DNA from: Tetramitus jugosus
Taxonomy: Eukaryota > Protista > Heterolobosea
NCBI GenBank assembly: GCA_937625935.1
Contig: OW569395.1
Span: forward strand, 243,065 to 307,064
Direction: 5' to 3'
Length of the DNA stretch: 64,000 bases
Below the pieces are notes generated by a model, which saw only the letters and a list, made by a program, of their open reading frames with translations, did not search any database and was not told the origin of the DNA. A program made the position numbers and the translations under genes. Below are positions 24,803-35,469 of this stretch, piece by piece (the stretch's first letter is position 1; each line of letters begins with the position of its first letter).

Positions 24803-26266
24803 ATGTCGCTGTTTGATAGTGGAGCTTTAATCACAATATTCTTGGCAGTAGCCATGTTGTTCACCGGTACCATCAACACGTTGGGTATGCATCATGATCA
24901 ACTCATCACATGAATGAAGCTATCAACAGGAAGAATGAAGAAATTGACACCAAAAAATTTTATTTGTTTTTTTAGCCACCAAATTTCAAGATTTAAGAGT
25001 TGTCAAGGGTATTGGTGATGGTCCACCAACTGCTTTTGAACATCCATTCTCTCAAACAGCTGCCATGTTTTTGGGTGAGCTCTTGTGTCTATTTGTCTTC
25101 TATTTGACTCTCTTACCAAAGTACTTTTCAAAGAAGGAAAGCTCTGGTGAAGAAAATGAGAGCTTGACACAGTCTGATGCACTCGCTGGTGATGACTCAC
25201 AAGCAAAGCAAAAGAAACCAAAATTGAATCCTCTTGTTTTGTGGATTCCTGCTTGTTGTGATTTGGGTGGTACCACACTGTTGAACGTGGGTCTGTTCTT
25301 GGTATGTGTTTTTAGCTCTCTAGCTGAGCTTTATTTTTTTGGCGCCAAAATTTTGTTTTACGGGATGGCGATTCTCACTCTTTTTTTTTTTGGTGTTGAC
25401 AATGTGCACAGACCTATGCTTCTGTGTATCAAATGTTGAGAGGTATCGTTGTGGTGTTTAACGGTTTGTTGGCATTCATCTTTTTGAAGCAACGTTTGTA
25501 TCCACATCACTGGGGAGGTATTCTCTTGATTGTTCTTGGTACTGTGATTGTTGGTTTGAACACGATTTTGTATCCTCAGGGAGAGGGTGCTGATGTGCCA
25601 CGTAATCCAACTCTTGGTAACATTTTGGTGATTGCCGCTCAAGTTTTGGCCGCCATTCAATTTGTTGTCGAAGAAAAATTTTTGTCCAAGTATGATGCAC
25701 CTCCATTGCAAGTTGTTGGTTGGGAAGGATTCTGGGGATTGAGCATGTGTTCTGTTGTGCTCTTTGTGTTGTATTGGATTCCTGGAAGTGATTATGGAAG
25801 CATGGAAAATGCAGTTTATGCGTTTGCTCAAATGTACTATGACTGGAAGTTGTTGTTGGCTGTGTTGGGCAGTGTTTTCTCCATTGCCTTTTTCAATTTC
25901 TTTGGTATCAGTATCACGCAGAGAATCAGTTCTACTACTCGTTCCACCATTGATAGTATGAGAACCTTTTTGATTTGGATTGTTTCATTGATTATTGGTT
26001 GGGAACATTTTTCATGGTTGCAGATTGGTGGTTTCGCTGTCTTGGTTCTCGGAAGTTCCATCTACAATGAAGTGTTACCAATTCCATACTATAGAGCATG
26101 GTACAGAAAGAACAAGGCTGACTATTTGAAACGCCAAGCAGAAGAGCAAGAAAGAAAGGAACAAGAAGAGGTGGACAAGACTATTGAGAGAAGAAAGGCT
26201 CTTCAAATCAAGTATAGGAACCAATCTAAGGACTATGGCAGCTACGCCAATGTTCCAACCAACTAA
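24803..26266 (+). CDS. SLC35F6-like drug/metabolite (nucleotide-sugar-type) transporter; introns 24885-24975 and 25302-25411
   Basis: MLFTGTINTL|ATKFQD..FEHPFSQTAAMFLGELLCL..PACCDL..|TYASVYQMLRG..QFVVEEK..VVGWEGFWG..SIAFFNFFG. Both GTATG...AG introns restore the frame. Confidence 0.9.
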
Positions 26267-26286
26267 ATTTTGAATACAATTAACTT

Positions 26287-26690
26287 TTAATAATCCGTGT
26301 CAGAAGTCATCATTGCCATTCTCACATGAAGCCAGTCAAGCATAAGAGAATAGACAAGAATGGAACGTTGAATGTCTCTGTCGTCCGAGGAGTTAAACAG
26401 TGTGCAACCACTAAATGTTTAGTGACTCACAACAGAGACATCAATGCGGCCAAAAACATGCTCCATCTACTGAGAACAGAAATGGATGGACAGTCACGTC
26501 CCGATGCCTTCAAGAGGAAGAAAAAGGTCGCAAAAGAATTAATCAAAATGGTGGAACACCTCCAAGGCTCACTCCATCAAGCTGCTATGTAAATCCCGAT
26601 TATAGGAGCGTTAAGGTGTCTTATCGGGAAACCATAATGTTTTTATTATGGCTTGATGGACAGTAGACCGCCACCTTAATAATCCGTGTC
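26287..26690 (+). repeat. 15-bp direct repeat TTAATAATCCGTGTC at 26287-26301 and 26676-26690
   Basis: Exact duplicate on both sides of the Fanzor fragment. Confidence 0.95.
26302..26675 (+). mobile_element. 5'-truncated Fanzor/TnpB element (C-terminal Zn-ribbon + RuvC-III coding fragment plus right end)
   Basis: Frame from 26302 reads RSHHCHSHM...GVKQCATTKCLVTHNRDINAAKNMLHLL...SRPDAFKR, i.e. the C..C..NRDxNAAxN..RP..F tail typical of Fanzor/TnpB. The segment is bounded by a 15-bp direct repeat. Confidence 0.85.
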
Positions 26691-26694
26691 GCTC
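26594..26694 (+). ncRNA. Predicted Fanzor omegaRNA (scaffold to about 26679, guide from about 26680)
   Basis: Stem TCCCGAT(26594-26600)/ATCGGGA(26623-26629); hairpin CCATAAT-GTTTTT-ATTATGG (26632-26651); loop sequence TTAAGGTG (26611-26618) is exactly complementary to CACCTTAA (26672-26679), forming a pseudoknot next to the flank. The 5' and 3' limits are estimates. Confidence 0.65.
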
Positions 26695-28610
26695 GTGTCA
26701 TACAAGTCTGATCTCGTGGATGATTTTCGTCTGAATCTGCTGCTCTGATTGCTACTGCCCTTGGTTGTCCGACTGCTTCTGGAATTGGGTTTCGATCTTG
26801 ACGCTCGTTCATCATCACTCGTCATGTAGTCACTCGTCGAGTAAAGACTATCGCTGTAGATATTGGCTTTCTTTCTTGTTGATTTGCTCGCCATGTTTGA
26901 AGGGGAACTTGATCTCCGTGTATGTTTCTTTTCGTTTAACTTGTGGAGCTTGTTCTTTAGCACATTTGGATCGAGTTTTGGTTCTTCTCTTAGTTTAGGT
27001 GATCTGCTCCAAGCTCTGGGTGGAGTTGATGGTCGAGAATTCTTCTTACCTCTACCGTTTGTATCTAGATCAGAATTTCGAGATGTAGTAATTAATCGCT
27101 TTTCGGGAAGCCGTCCCCGAGATGAATCTCGTTCAACCGAAGAACTTCTACTAGAGCTACGTGAAGATTGTTTCGGAACTGGTGGTTTTAGAGATTTTGC
27201 TTTCGCGTTCTTTTGTGCAACATACTGTGTTGGATTGAACCTTGTTGAAGATTTAGGTGCTGAAGTGGGTCGGTTGTTTCTTGGACTTGGAGAGAGTGAT
27301 CGTCCTCGAGACGAACCATTGGCTCTCGAAACGGAGGAAATTTTCTTGTCATCATGAGCCATCTTATCCAATTTTAACACTAGTCGATCACATTCGGCTC
27401 TCCATCTCTTCTCAGATTTTGTCATTTTAATTAAATCTTCCCTGTACAGTGCAATTTCGTCGTCCTTCTTCTTCAAGAACTGATCTTTGAGCGCTTTGTC
27501 CTCTGCCAATACTTTTAGTTGTCTCCGAAGTTGTCGAATCTCTACTAGATATTGTTTGTTGTTGTGCCCGGTTTCAACGTGCACTTTAAGATTTGATATT
27601 TCATTCTTTTGGGCGATGTAATCTGCGGTTAGGTTTTCACATTCCTTTCTCACGTCTGATAGTTCCTTTGCGCTATCCTTTTGTAGCTGTTCGAAAGCTT
27701 GTTTAATATTCTTGTACTCTCGTCTTAGTTTCTCATTTCTTTCAACCATAAACAATAATATCATATGTAAATACAGTAAGAAATGGCCAATATTCCGATC
27801 CAACAACATGGACAAATAAATACCTACTCTTTCTGAATCTTTTCAGTTTCTTCATCATTCTGAAAACTATTGTCCCTCTGAGACTTCAACTTTCCTCTCA
27901 AGATTAAATTTTCTTCCTTCACTTTTGCATTTTCTTCCCTCAACACTTGAACCATCTTTTTCAACCTCTCTGCATCTGGTTTAACATAACTTAGTGGTAG
28001 AGGATAATGAACACAATCATATTCTACATGATATACCATGTCCAAGTACCTCTGATTCAAATTTTCCTTGAGAGATGATGAAACAGAGTGTTTTGTCAGC
28101 AAATCAGCAGTAGAAGAAGAGGCCATTGTAGTGGCAGTACTTCCACTCTTTCTTCTAAAGTTCTTTTGACACACGAGTTCCAACTGAGACCTCGTTAACA
28201 GCTCTAGAGTCACAGATGTCGATGTCCGTTTCAATCCATCGAACAACATTTGAACAAATTTTCGAAAGTTTTTAAAGTTTCGAGCTGTGGCAGTCACATT
28301 TTCAACATCTGATCGCACAGCAGTATCCCAAACAGCAACAAACAACAAAAACAAGGGAAAAAGTCAAACAAAAATGCTTTTTGGACTCAAAAAGAAGATG
28401 TTGGTAAAACGAACCTTGTATGGTAAACTCTCCACACCATTGATCACAAGTTGATTGTTTCTCCACACTGAGAAATAAGGAACTTTGCTTTGGTGTTCGC
28501 ATGATACAGGTGTAAGGTTCATTGTAGAAAATGTAGTCTACTTTGAAGGCAAAATCTTGATCATTGTTGCTTGCACCGCCTTCTTGTTGTTGTGGTATAG
28601 CTCCACTCAT
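26676..28610 (-). CDS. CCDC61: CCDC61/VFL3 centriolar SAS6-like protein; introns 28414-28309 and 27827-27739
   Basis: KVDYIF..DQWCGEF..|DVENVTATARNFKNF..F..ML..SVTLELLT..RYLDMVYHVEYDCVHYPLPL matches the CCDC61 head domain. Followed by a coiled coil and RFNPTQYV. Confidence 0.85.
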
Positions 28611-28908
28611 TTTTTGGTGCTTTGAAAGAGAGGATTCTCTGTTTGAGGTGGTTGCATCGATCGACGCGCGCAAACTGTAATTTTTTTGGCGCGTTGAAAT
28701 GTCGGCAGTTTTTGCTTGGAACGAGCGCTGTTTGCGGCTACTGCTGTATTTGCTAGGGCGGACTCCTCAATTTGATTGCAATACTGTTCTCGATTATAGT
28801 AGGAGTACTATTCTATTTCACTGGAAGAACTGCTGCAGAAAGAAGAAACAAACTGAAATTTTTACTTTTGTTGCTCTTGTTGAACTATTGTTTCAAGAAG
28901 CCCCAAGG

Positions 28909-31900
28909 ATGGATCACTCGACGACCAAGCTGCGTTTCTTATTCCTTTTCTTAGTTTTTCTATGTTTTACCACTTCAAACGTTCATTCTCAGGAGTGTGG
29001 TGGACACGGGTCTCTCGTCGGTGGCCAATGCGTCTGTTTCGCATCTTGGGCTGGCCTTAACTGTACAGATAGTATTCTCTGGGAGTCATGTATCCCTGAA
29101 GAAATAGACGGATGTCTTTCAGTTTATTACTCTGATGTGCTTGTGAGTGGAGATTACAGTGTGATGGGATCATTGACTCAAAGTGGTTTTGATTACGTTG
29201 ATTGGTATGGAGCATCCATGCTGGAGTGGTCAGGGAATCGCATTTATCGGAGGTTTAACAAACCATTGGGGTCTGGATATGGATTCTCAGTCTCCGAGGC
29301 AAATAGTCAGTGGCAAGACAACCTCTTATTGATTCGTCCAAATAGCACCATGTTCGATTCTCATGTTCAATATTTTGTATCAGACTCAAGTAATAAGATC
29401 TCTGCTACTTGGCACCCAGTTACTAGACCAATGGTTACATTTGTCTCTCAATACTATAACGGCTCGGTCAGAGTAACAGGAGCGTCAAATATTCAATATG
29501 ATATAGCATCTGACCTTCTCACGATGAACTTAAATAGCGTAGGTTGGGCATTCAGTGACTTTAATGTAACTACAAATCAAATATTGAGATCAAACTGGAT
29601 CAGTGTGAAACCAGGAGTTATCGATCCACGTGTATGTCACGGTGAAGCATTTGGAATCAATGTAACTTCCACAGATTCTGGACGGATAGTGATTAATATG
29701 AATCATTGCAATTTTCCTCGGGTTCCCGTTGTTTTTAACTCTCTCGTCAGTGATTGTGATCTAGGAGGTGTATCAGGAGCAAATCATATTATAGACCCGA
29801 GCGAATTAGAAGCATTCATTGAAATCAGAGGCTCAAATTTATCCACACTTGTTTCGGGTTGCAATATAACGTCTCGGTGGGTAGCTATCATACCCGATCA
29901 AAACACTACTTGTACTAATGGAACTAATTCTTTATTATGTTCTGGGACAGGATCTTGCTTGTTGGATAGTAAGAAAAGATTTGGTACCTGTCTTTGTGAC
30001 CAAGGTTGGACAGGTCCTAGTTGTGAGATAGCAGTCACTATTGGATGCAATGCTCACTTTCATAACAGTTCATCAGCATGCTCGAGTCATGGAAACTGTG
30101 GATTGAGTGGAAAATGTTCATGTCTACCTGGTTATGATGGCTCTGACTGTGAACACTTGATTCGATGTTTTGGAATCGAGAGTTCCAATCGTTTAGTGTG
30201 TAGTGGTCATGGAAGTTGTTCTTCTACAGATGTTTGCAATTGCCATACATCGTGGACCGGAAAGGATTGTTCTATCCCACTTTGTGGCTCAAAAAATTCA
30301 ACAGATCCTCTCGTTTGTTCGGGGAGAGGGTCGTGCGTATCTCCAGACCATTGTGTTTGTAAGTCAAATGATCAAGGTCATTGGAGCGGCCAATACTGTG
30401 AGACATGTTCTCTTGGTTATCAAGGAAAGAACTGCACAGAAGCATTCTGTAATTCTACAGTGTGTAGTAACAAGGGAAGTTGTACGACATTGAATACATG
30501 TGATTGTTACTCCAATTCTTCAATAGGGCAATGGAGTGGCGTGAATTGTGAAAAATGTTTAGACAATTATTATGGACTTGATTGTCTTTCCTATTGTGAT
30601 CCCGTGCGGAGTTGCAGTGGTCACGGATATTGTTCTCCTACTGGAGAATGCTCATGCTTTAGATCTGATAATATGGGGCATTTCATCGGTCCGAACTGTT
30701 CAACTTGTTATCCTGGTTATTATGGTCAATTCTGTCAAAATAGTGCAAGAGAGTTTAAATTTTCAAGCAGAGGGGATCGATTAGTGGGACAATTTACTCA
30801 CGCTGCTCGGTACCTGCCTCAGACAAAGTACATATCACAAATCGATTGTGCCGTGATTCTGGATGATATATCTCTAAATCTGGTAGGTACAGGTGCTAGA
30901 TGTATTTGGCCAGTGCCCGAGTCTGCTTCTTTTGAGATAATTTTCGGGGAGAATGCCAATTTCAATATAGGGAATTCATTGGTTGTAGATATTTTGGTTA
31001 CGATCGGAAATGTATCATTGGGTAAGAGATTCCAACAACTAGTAGTATTACCACCAGCTTCAGGAGTGACACCGCCGGTATCTATGATTAATGCTCCTTT
31101 ATCAATTGGACAATGCGATGATTTGATTCTGGATGGATCTTCATCAGGGGATTACACTCGTCGATCATTAATCTATGGATGGAAAGTTTTGAGTGGAACT
31201 GGTACGGCGGCTATGAATCAATATCTTATTCAACATAACACTTCGAGAGTTACAGTACCCTCAGAATTTTTGACACCCGGTGATCGATACGTCTTCCAAC
31301 TCATAGTGACAAACTTTATGAACATTAGTAGCAAGATTAGCCAGGTTTCAATTGAAATACTTCAGCAACCTGCTCCTATCGCTCAAATTGTTGGACCCCA
31401 ACTACAAGAGATCTTTCCTATGCAGTTTTTTAAGCTTGAGGGCAGAACTCTGACTAGTTCATGTTTTTCAAACACTAGTGATATTATCTACAGTTGGAGT
31501 CAAACCACTGGTACACTTGTGAGTGGACAAGCTACGGGTAAAAACTTGTTATTCCCTCCAGGTTCATTCCAAGCAACAGGAGTAGACACAAAGTATGAAT
31601 TTGTTTTGACTACATCCATCAAAAGTAATCCGTCTGTGTATACAAGAAAATCTGTGACTGTGTTGGTGAAGACTAGATCACTGGTCGCGGTGATATCAGG
31701 TGGTAATTTCAAACAAGCTGTGTCTAGTCCCTTGATTCTTGATGCAAGCTCTTCATATGATCCTGATGGTGTACCATCTGCTGCAACATACAAGTGGTAT
31801 TGTTTTAGCGCAATCACCAATGGATTATGTAACTTGGACGCTCAGAGTGAAGCAATACTGTCAACCAATACGAATAAGCTCTCTCTTCCTGCGTCATTTT

Positions 31901-34900
31901 TACCTCCAGGTCGCTATCGGTTTGAACTTTTATTCACAAAGGAAGCTCGGTCGTCATCTGCCCAGACAACAATAGAACTTGTAGAAAATGCAGTTCCAAT
32001 TGTTACAATTTATCCTGTAGTCGAAAAAGTTGATCCTGCTGAGCGTTTGGTTCTTCGTTCTTCGGTGTCCACCTCAAAACCTGATTCCGCATTTAGGTTG
32101 AGATGGTCAGTAGTGAGTGGAGATCTTGCATTGACAAAACAGACTGTCGATAGTCCCATTGACAGAAAATTACTATCTATTAGAGCCAATACGTTGACTG
32201 AAGGGCAACGATATACCTTAAGATTAGAGGCTACAGATGAAGAAGGAACAGGATCTTCTGAAATTACAATTGTTGTGAATTCTGCACCTAATGTTGGTCT
32301 GTTCTCGGTGAACCCTCCCGTAACACATGCATTTTCTCCTATAGAGCTCTCTTGCTCACAGTTTTCAGATGATGACGGCCCTCTACACTACCTTTTTGGA
32401 TATCTGAATGAGAATTCCAGGTTTATTCCATTCAACATCAGACCATCTCTCTCGAACAGATATCAAGTTCAGAATTCTCCACCAGGATATGGCCCTAGTA
32501 ATGAAATAACATTTGTGGTTAAGGTTTTTGATTCATATGGAGCTTCTACATTATCCAAAGTAATGGGTATCGCCAAACCTTACTCACCAACCAATCAAAC
32601 AGAATTGATTGCGTTTTTCAACAACCAAGTGAAAGATTTAAGGTACATGGAGGCGGAGGATATTGCGAATATTGCAACAACACTTCCATCTCTGCTATCT
32701 TCTAAATCTGAAAATAACTCATATGCTTCTCAATTACGAGAATCAATAGTTACATCGCTTGTGGATTCGTACCAAAAAGACGCCACTCCTTCCTCAAAAT
32801 TTAGTTTAGAGAAAGTGACTTCTGCTATAGAAATTATTCTAAGCGACCCCAATCAAAATACTGGCGATACTATTGTAACATCTAGGAACTTTGTTAGTGC
32901 AGTATTAGATGAAATTGTTGACGCAAAGAAATATAGCTTAACAATCATCGAAAATATTGGTAATACAATCTCGAACTGGTTGTCTACTATTTCGCTGAAG
33001 ATAGCGACCAATACCGAAACATTCTCGATGAAAAATGTAACTCAAAGCACAGAAATGATCACTAAAGTAACTAACGCGATGTTAGCCAATGCATATTCAG
33101 GTGTTGAGGGACAAGAGATCACAACATCAACTTTTTCTGCAGTTGTAATGAAGGAACAACCAACTTCTCTTGATCAATTAGCGATTCGGTTGAATAATGA
33201 TGAGTCACAATCTCAAAATACAACCATTATGCTTCCAGTTTTCAACAGCTCATATGGAGGAGTCGCTGATATATTTTCCGGCTCGGACGATGTAGGTATT
33301 CGAGTGATCATTAATGAATTTAATGCGTACTTTCACTCAGCTTCTTCTGAAAATATTACGACCCCGGTATTATCTCTCCAATTTCTCTCAGATAGTGGTG
33401 AGGTTTATCATGTTTCAAACTTATCCGAGCCAATTATTTTCATTCTAACAGTACCAGACGGGTTGGATCTCGCACAACTTAATTTTAATGAATCAGAAGC
33501 CGGATTGCGTCCAGTCTGTAAATACTGGGATACGAGATATTCAGCTTGGAATAGTACAGGATGTACAGCTATCAATGTGACTGAAACAACTGTCACTTGT
33601 GCCTGCACTCACACCACTGACTTTTCTGCTTTTGTTGATTACGTTGTCCCTTCCTTTAATGTTTTGACCAGAGATGATTGGAGAAATATTGTCAATTTGA
33701 ATAAGGATAATATGCTCACAGCAGTTGTTATTTCTGTTATGGCAGGTGTCTATATTCTTCTCGTAATTTTTGTTCTACTGTTGAAATACTTCATATTCCG
33801 GAGTACGAATCAGATCATTGAAGAATCACAGAAGACAGAAAATAAGAAAGAGAATGGAATAGTTCGTTCTGTGTTGGAAGAATTCAAATCTGAGCACTTG
33901 TATCTATCGATGTTCTTCAAGAACGAAGGAAAGGAGCACTTCAGTCTGATTCAAAAGTTGACATGTGTTTATATTTCCATTCTGGGATGTATGACTGGTA
34001 ATGCTTTGACATTTGGACAAGATGTCAAGAATGAAACACAATGGATTGTTTCTTCTATTGTGGCAGAATTGTGTCAGGCTCCAATTACTATTATGTTTAT
34101 TTTCCTGTTTGTGATGACTGCACCAAGAGCTTGGAAAAGAACAACGAATAACTCAGAATCACTGCAATCAGCAATTGCTGATGAAACTGAAATACCAGAT
34201 GTTCATGTAGTTAAAATACCGTCTGCAGATTCTGAAATAGTTGTCATCTTACATCCTCACTCCCTAGCTAGGGATGATCTCACAACTGACTCTCGGGAAA
34301 CAGCTTTATTGTCCAAGTCAAGCAAGTTGGCTTACTATATCAATCAGTACAAAGAAAAGAGAGAAGTGATTCTGGACAAATTAGATGGCTTTGCTGGAAA
34401 AATATCATTAGTGCTCACAGATTGGTTTTCGAGAATTACATGGCAATCAAGTGTGTTCATAGTATTACTGACAATTCTATACTTTGGAGTGGTTGTTGGA
34501 ATTGTATTCATTGTCCCATTGGTTTTTGATTGGTTCAAGGGAGATCATCAGGTTGGATTGGGCGTATTCTTTGCGATTGTATATTTTGTCTCGATGGAAG
34601 TAATTTACTTGAGACTCCGATTTTCTAAGTTCAAACAAGGTGAGGTACCAAGCTGGAAATTAACAAGATTTGGTTTTGTGCTTGCTGGGAGTGTAATTGT
34701 CATTGCAGGTTTAGTTGTTATTGCTATGATTCCCGTCATTACTCTTGTGACACCAAAGAAGCACAAGTGGTACATCAAGAATATCATAATAGTCGTAGGA
34801 ACTGGCATTATTATGATTGCAGCAATCGTCTGGTGTATAGTTTTATCTCGACCCTGGAACAGAGAAGATGTGCTTGATGAAGATGAATATGATTCTATCA

Positions 34901-35382
34901 TCATGGAAGAAGCGAAATCGTTCCCAATATCTACCAATGGAGTCAACACGGATGGAACAAAGAAATCTGACAAGAAGTGGAAAGCCCTGTTTTATTATGT
35001 CGCCAAGTATTACAACTCTCCGTTTTGGTTTCCATGGTGGTTCCTCATTATCATTTATGGTTTAGCCGCCGTTTATATTGTGCTATGTAGCTATTGTCTG
35101 GTATTGTATGGTATTAAGTTTGATTCACACAAGGATAGTCATGGAATTGGACAGTCAAAGAGTTGGCTTCTGGGAAGTGGAGTTGGAGTGACTCAAGACA
35201 TCTTCCTCAAGGGTCCCATCGAGTTTCTGTTCAAAAACGTTCTGTTGATATTGATGATCAAGTTTTTGGATACTCTTTTCTTTGTGAAACGGAGAGTTGT
35301 TCAGGAGAGTGCAATTCAAGAGCAGGAGAATAGAGAAAATTTACCTGGTGAGGTCGGGCCCCTAGAGAAGCAGGAAACATGA
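28909..35382 (+). CDS. Polycystin-1-like / adhesion receptor: signal peptide, EGF-like repeats, REJ/PKD region, GPS, multiple TM helices
   Basis: Signal peptide from M at 28909; repeated CSGHGSC..C.C..W.G..C; LILDGSSS/LILDASSSYDPD (REJ); CKYWD..WNSTGC..TCACTHTTDF (GPS); hydrophobic C-terminal segments. Confidence 0.85.
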   Translation: MDHSTTKLRFLFLFLVFLCFTTSNVHSQECGGHGSLVGGQCVCFASWAGLNCTDSILWESCIPEEIDGCLSVYYSDVLVSGDYSVMGSLTQSGFDYVDWYGASMLEWSGNRIYRRFNKPLGSGYGFSVSEANSQWQDNLLLIRPNSTMFDSHVQYFVSDSSNKISATWHPVTRPMVTFVSQYYNGSVRVTGASNIQYDIASDLLTMNLNSVGWAFSDFNVTTNQILRSNWISVKPGVIDPRVCHGEAFGINVTSTDSGRIVINMNHCNFPRVPVVFNSLVSDCDLGGVSGANHIIDPSELEAFIEIRGSNLSTLVSGCNITSRWVAIIPDQNTTCTNGTNSLLCSGTGSCLLDSKKRFGTCLCDQGWTGPSCEIAVTIGCNAHFHNSSSACSSHGNCGLSGKCSCLPGYDGSDCEHLIRCFGIESSNRLVCSGHGSCSSTDVCNCHTSWTGKDCSIPLCGSKNSTDPLVCSGRGSCVSPDHCVCKSNDQGHWSGQYCETCSLGYQGKNCTEAFCNSTVCSNKGSCTTLNTCDCYSNSSIGQWSGVNCEKCLDNYYGLDCLSYCDPVRSCSGHGYCSPTGECSCFRSDNMGHFIGPNCSTCYPGYYGQFCQNSAREFKFSSRGDRLVGQFTHAARYLPQTKYISQIDCAVILDDISLNLVGTGARCIWPVPESASFEIIFGENANFNIGNSLVVDILVTIGNVSLGKRFQQLVVLPPASGVTPPVSMINAPLSIGQCDDLILDGSSSGDYTRRSLIYGWKVLSGTGTAAMNQYLIQHNTSRVTVPSEFLTPGDRYVFQLIVTNFMNISSKISQVSIEILQQPAPIAQIVGPQLQEIFPMQFFKLEGRTLTSSCFSNTSDIIYSWSQTTGTLVSGQATGKNLLFPPGSFQATGVDTKYEFVLTTSIKSNPSVYTRKSVTVLVKTRSLVAVISGGNFKQAVSSPLILDASSSYDPDGVPSAATYKWYCFSAITNGLCNLDAQSEAILSTNTNKLSLPASFLPPGRYRFELLFTKEARSSSAQTTIELVENAVPIVTIYPVVEKVDPAERLVLRSSVSTSKPDSAFRLRWSVVSGDLALTKQTVDSPIDRKLLSIRANTLTEGQRYTLRLEATDEEGTGSSEITIVVNSAPNVGLFSVNPPVTHAFSPIELSCSQFSDDDGPLHYLFGYLNENSRFIPFNIRPSLSNRYQVQNSPPGYGPSNEITFVVKVFDSYGASTLSKVMGIAKPYSPTNQTELIAFFNNQVKDLRYMEAEDIANIATTLPSLLSSKSENNSYASQLRESIVTSLVDSYQKDATPSSKFSLEKVTSAIEIILSDPNQNTGDTIVTSRNFVSAVLDEIVDAKKYSLTIIENIGNTISNWLSTISLKIATNTETFSMKNVTQSTEMITKVTNAMLANAYSGVEGQEITTSTFSAVVMKEQPTSLDQLAIRLNNDESQSQNTTIMLPVFNSSYGGVADIFSGSDDVGIRVIINEFNAYFHSASSENITTPVLSLQFLSDSGEVYHVSNLSEPIIFILTVPDGLDLAQLNFNESEAGLRPVCKYWDTRYSAWNSTGCTAINVTETTVTCACTHTTDFSAFVDYVVPSFNVLTRDDWRNIVNLNKDNMLTAVVISVMAGVYILLVIFVLLLKYFIFRSTNQIIEESQKTENKKENGIVRSVLEEFKSEHLYLSMFFKNEGKEHFSLIQKLTCVYISILGCMTGNALTFGQDVKNETQWIVSSIVAELCQAPITIMFIFLFVMTAPRAWKRTTNNSESLQSAIADETEIPDVHVVKIPSADSEIVVILHPHSLARDDLTTDSRETALLSKSSKLAYYINQYKEKREVILDKLDGFAGKISLVLTDWFSRITWQSSVFIVLLTILYFGVVVGIVFIVPLVFDWFKGDHQVGLGVFFAIVYFVSMEVIYLRLRFSKFKQGEVPSWKLTRFGFVLAGSVIVIAGLVVIAMIPVITLVTPKKHKWYIKNIIIVVGTGIIMIAAIVWCIVLSRPWNREDVLDEDEYDSIIMEEAKSFPISTNGVNTDGTKKSDKKWKALFYYVAKYYNSPFWFPWWFLIIIYGLAAVYIVLCSYCLVLYGIKFDSHKDSHGIGQSKSWLLGSGVGVTQDIFLKGPIEFLFKNVLLILMIKFLDTLFFVKRRVVQESAIQEQENRENLPGEVGPLEKQET

Positions 35383-35469
35383 GGAAGAAAGGGAAAACTG
35401 CAAAAAGTCGAAGCTAAATAAATTGGTTTCCGTAAATGAACGCCCCTTTTGAAAAAAGAAACAAAAAAA

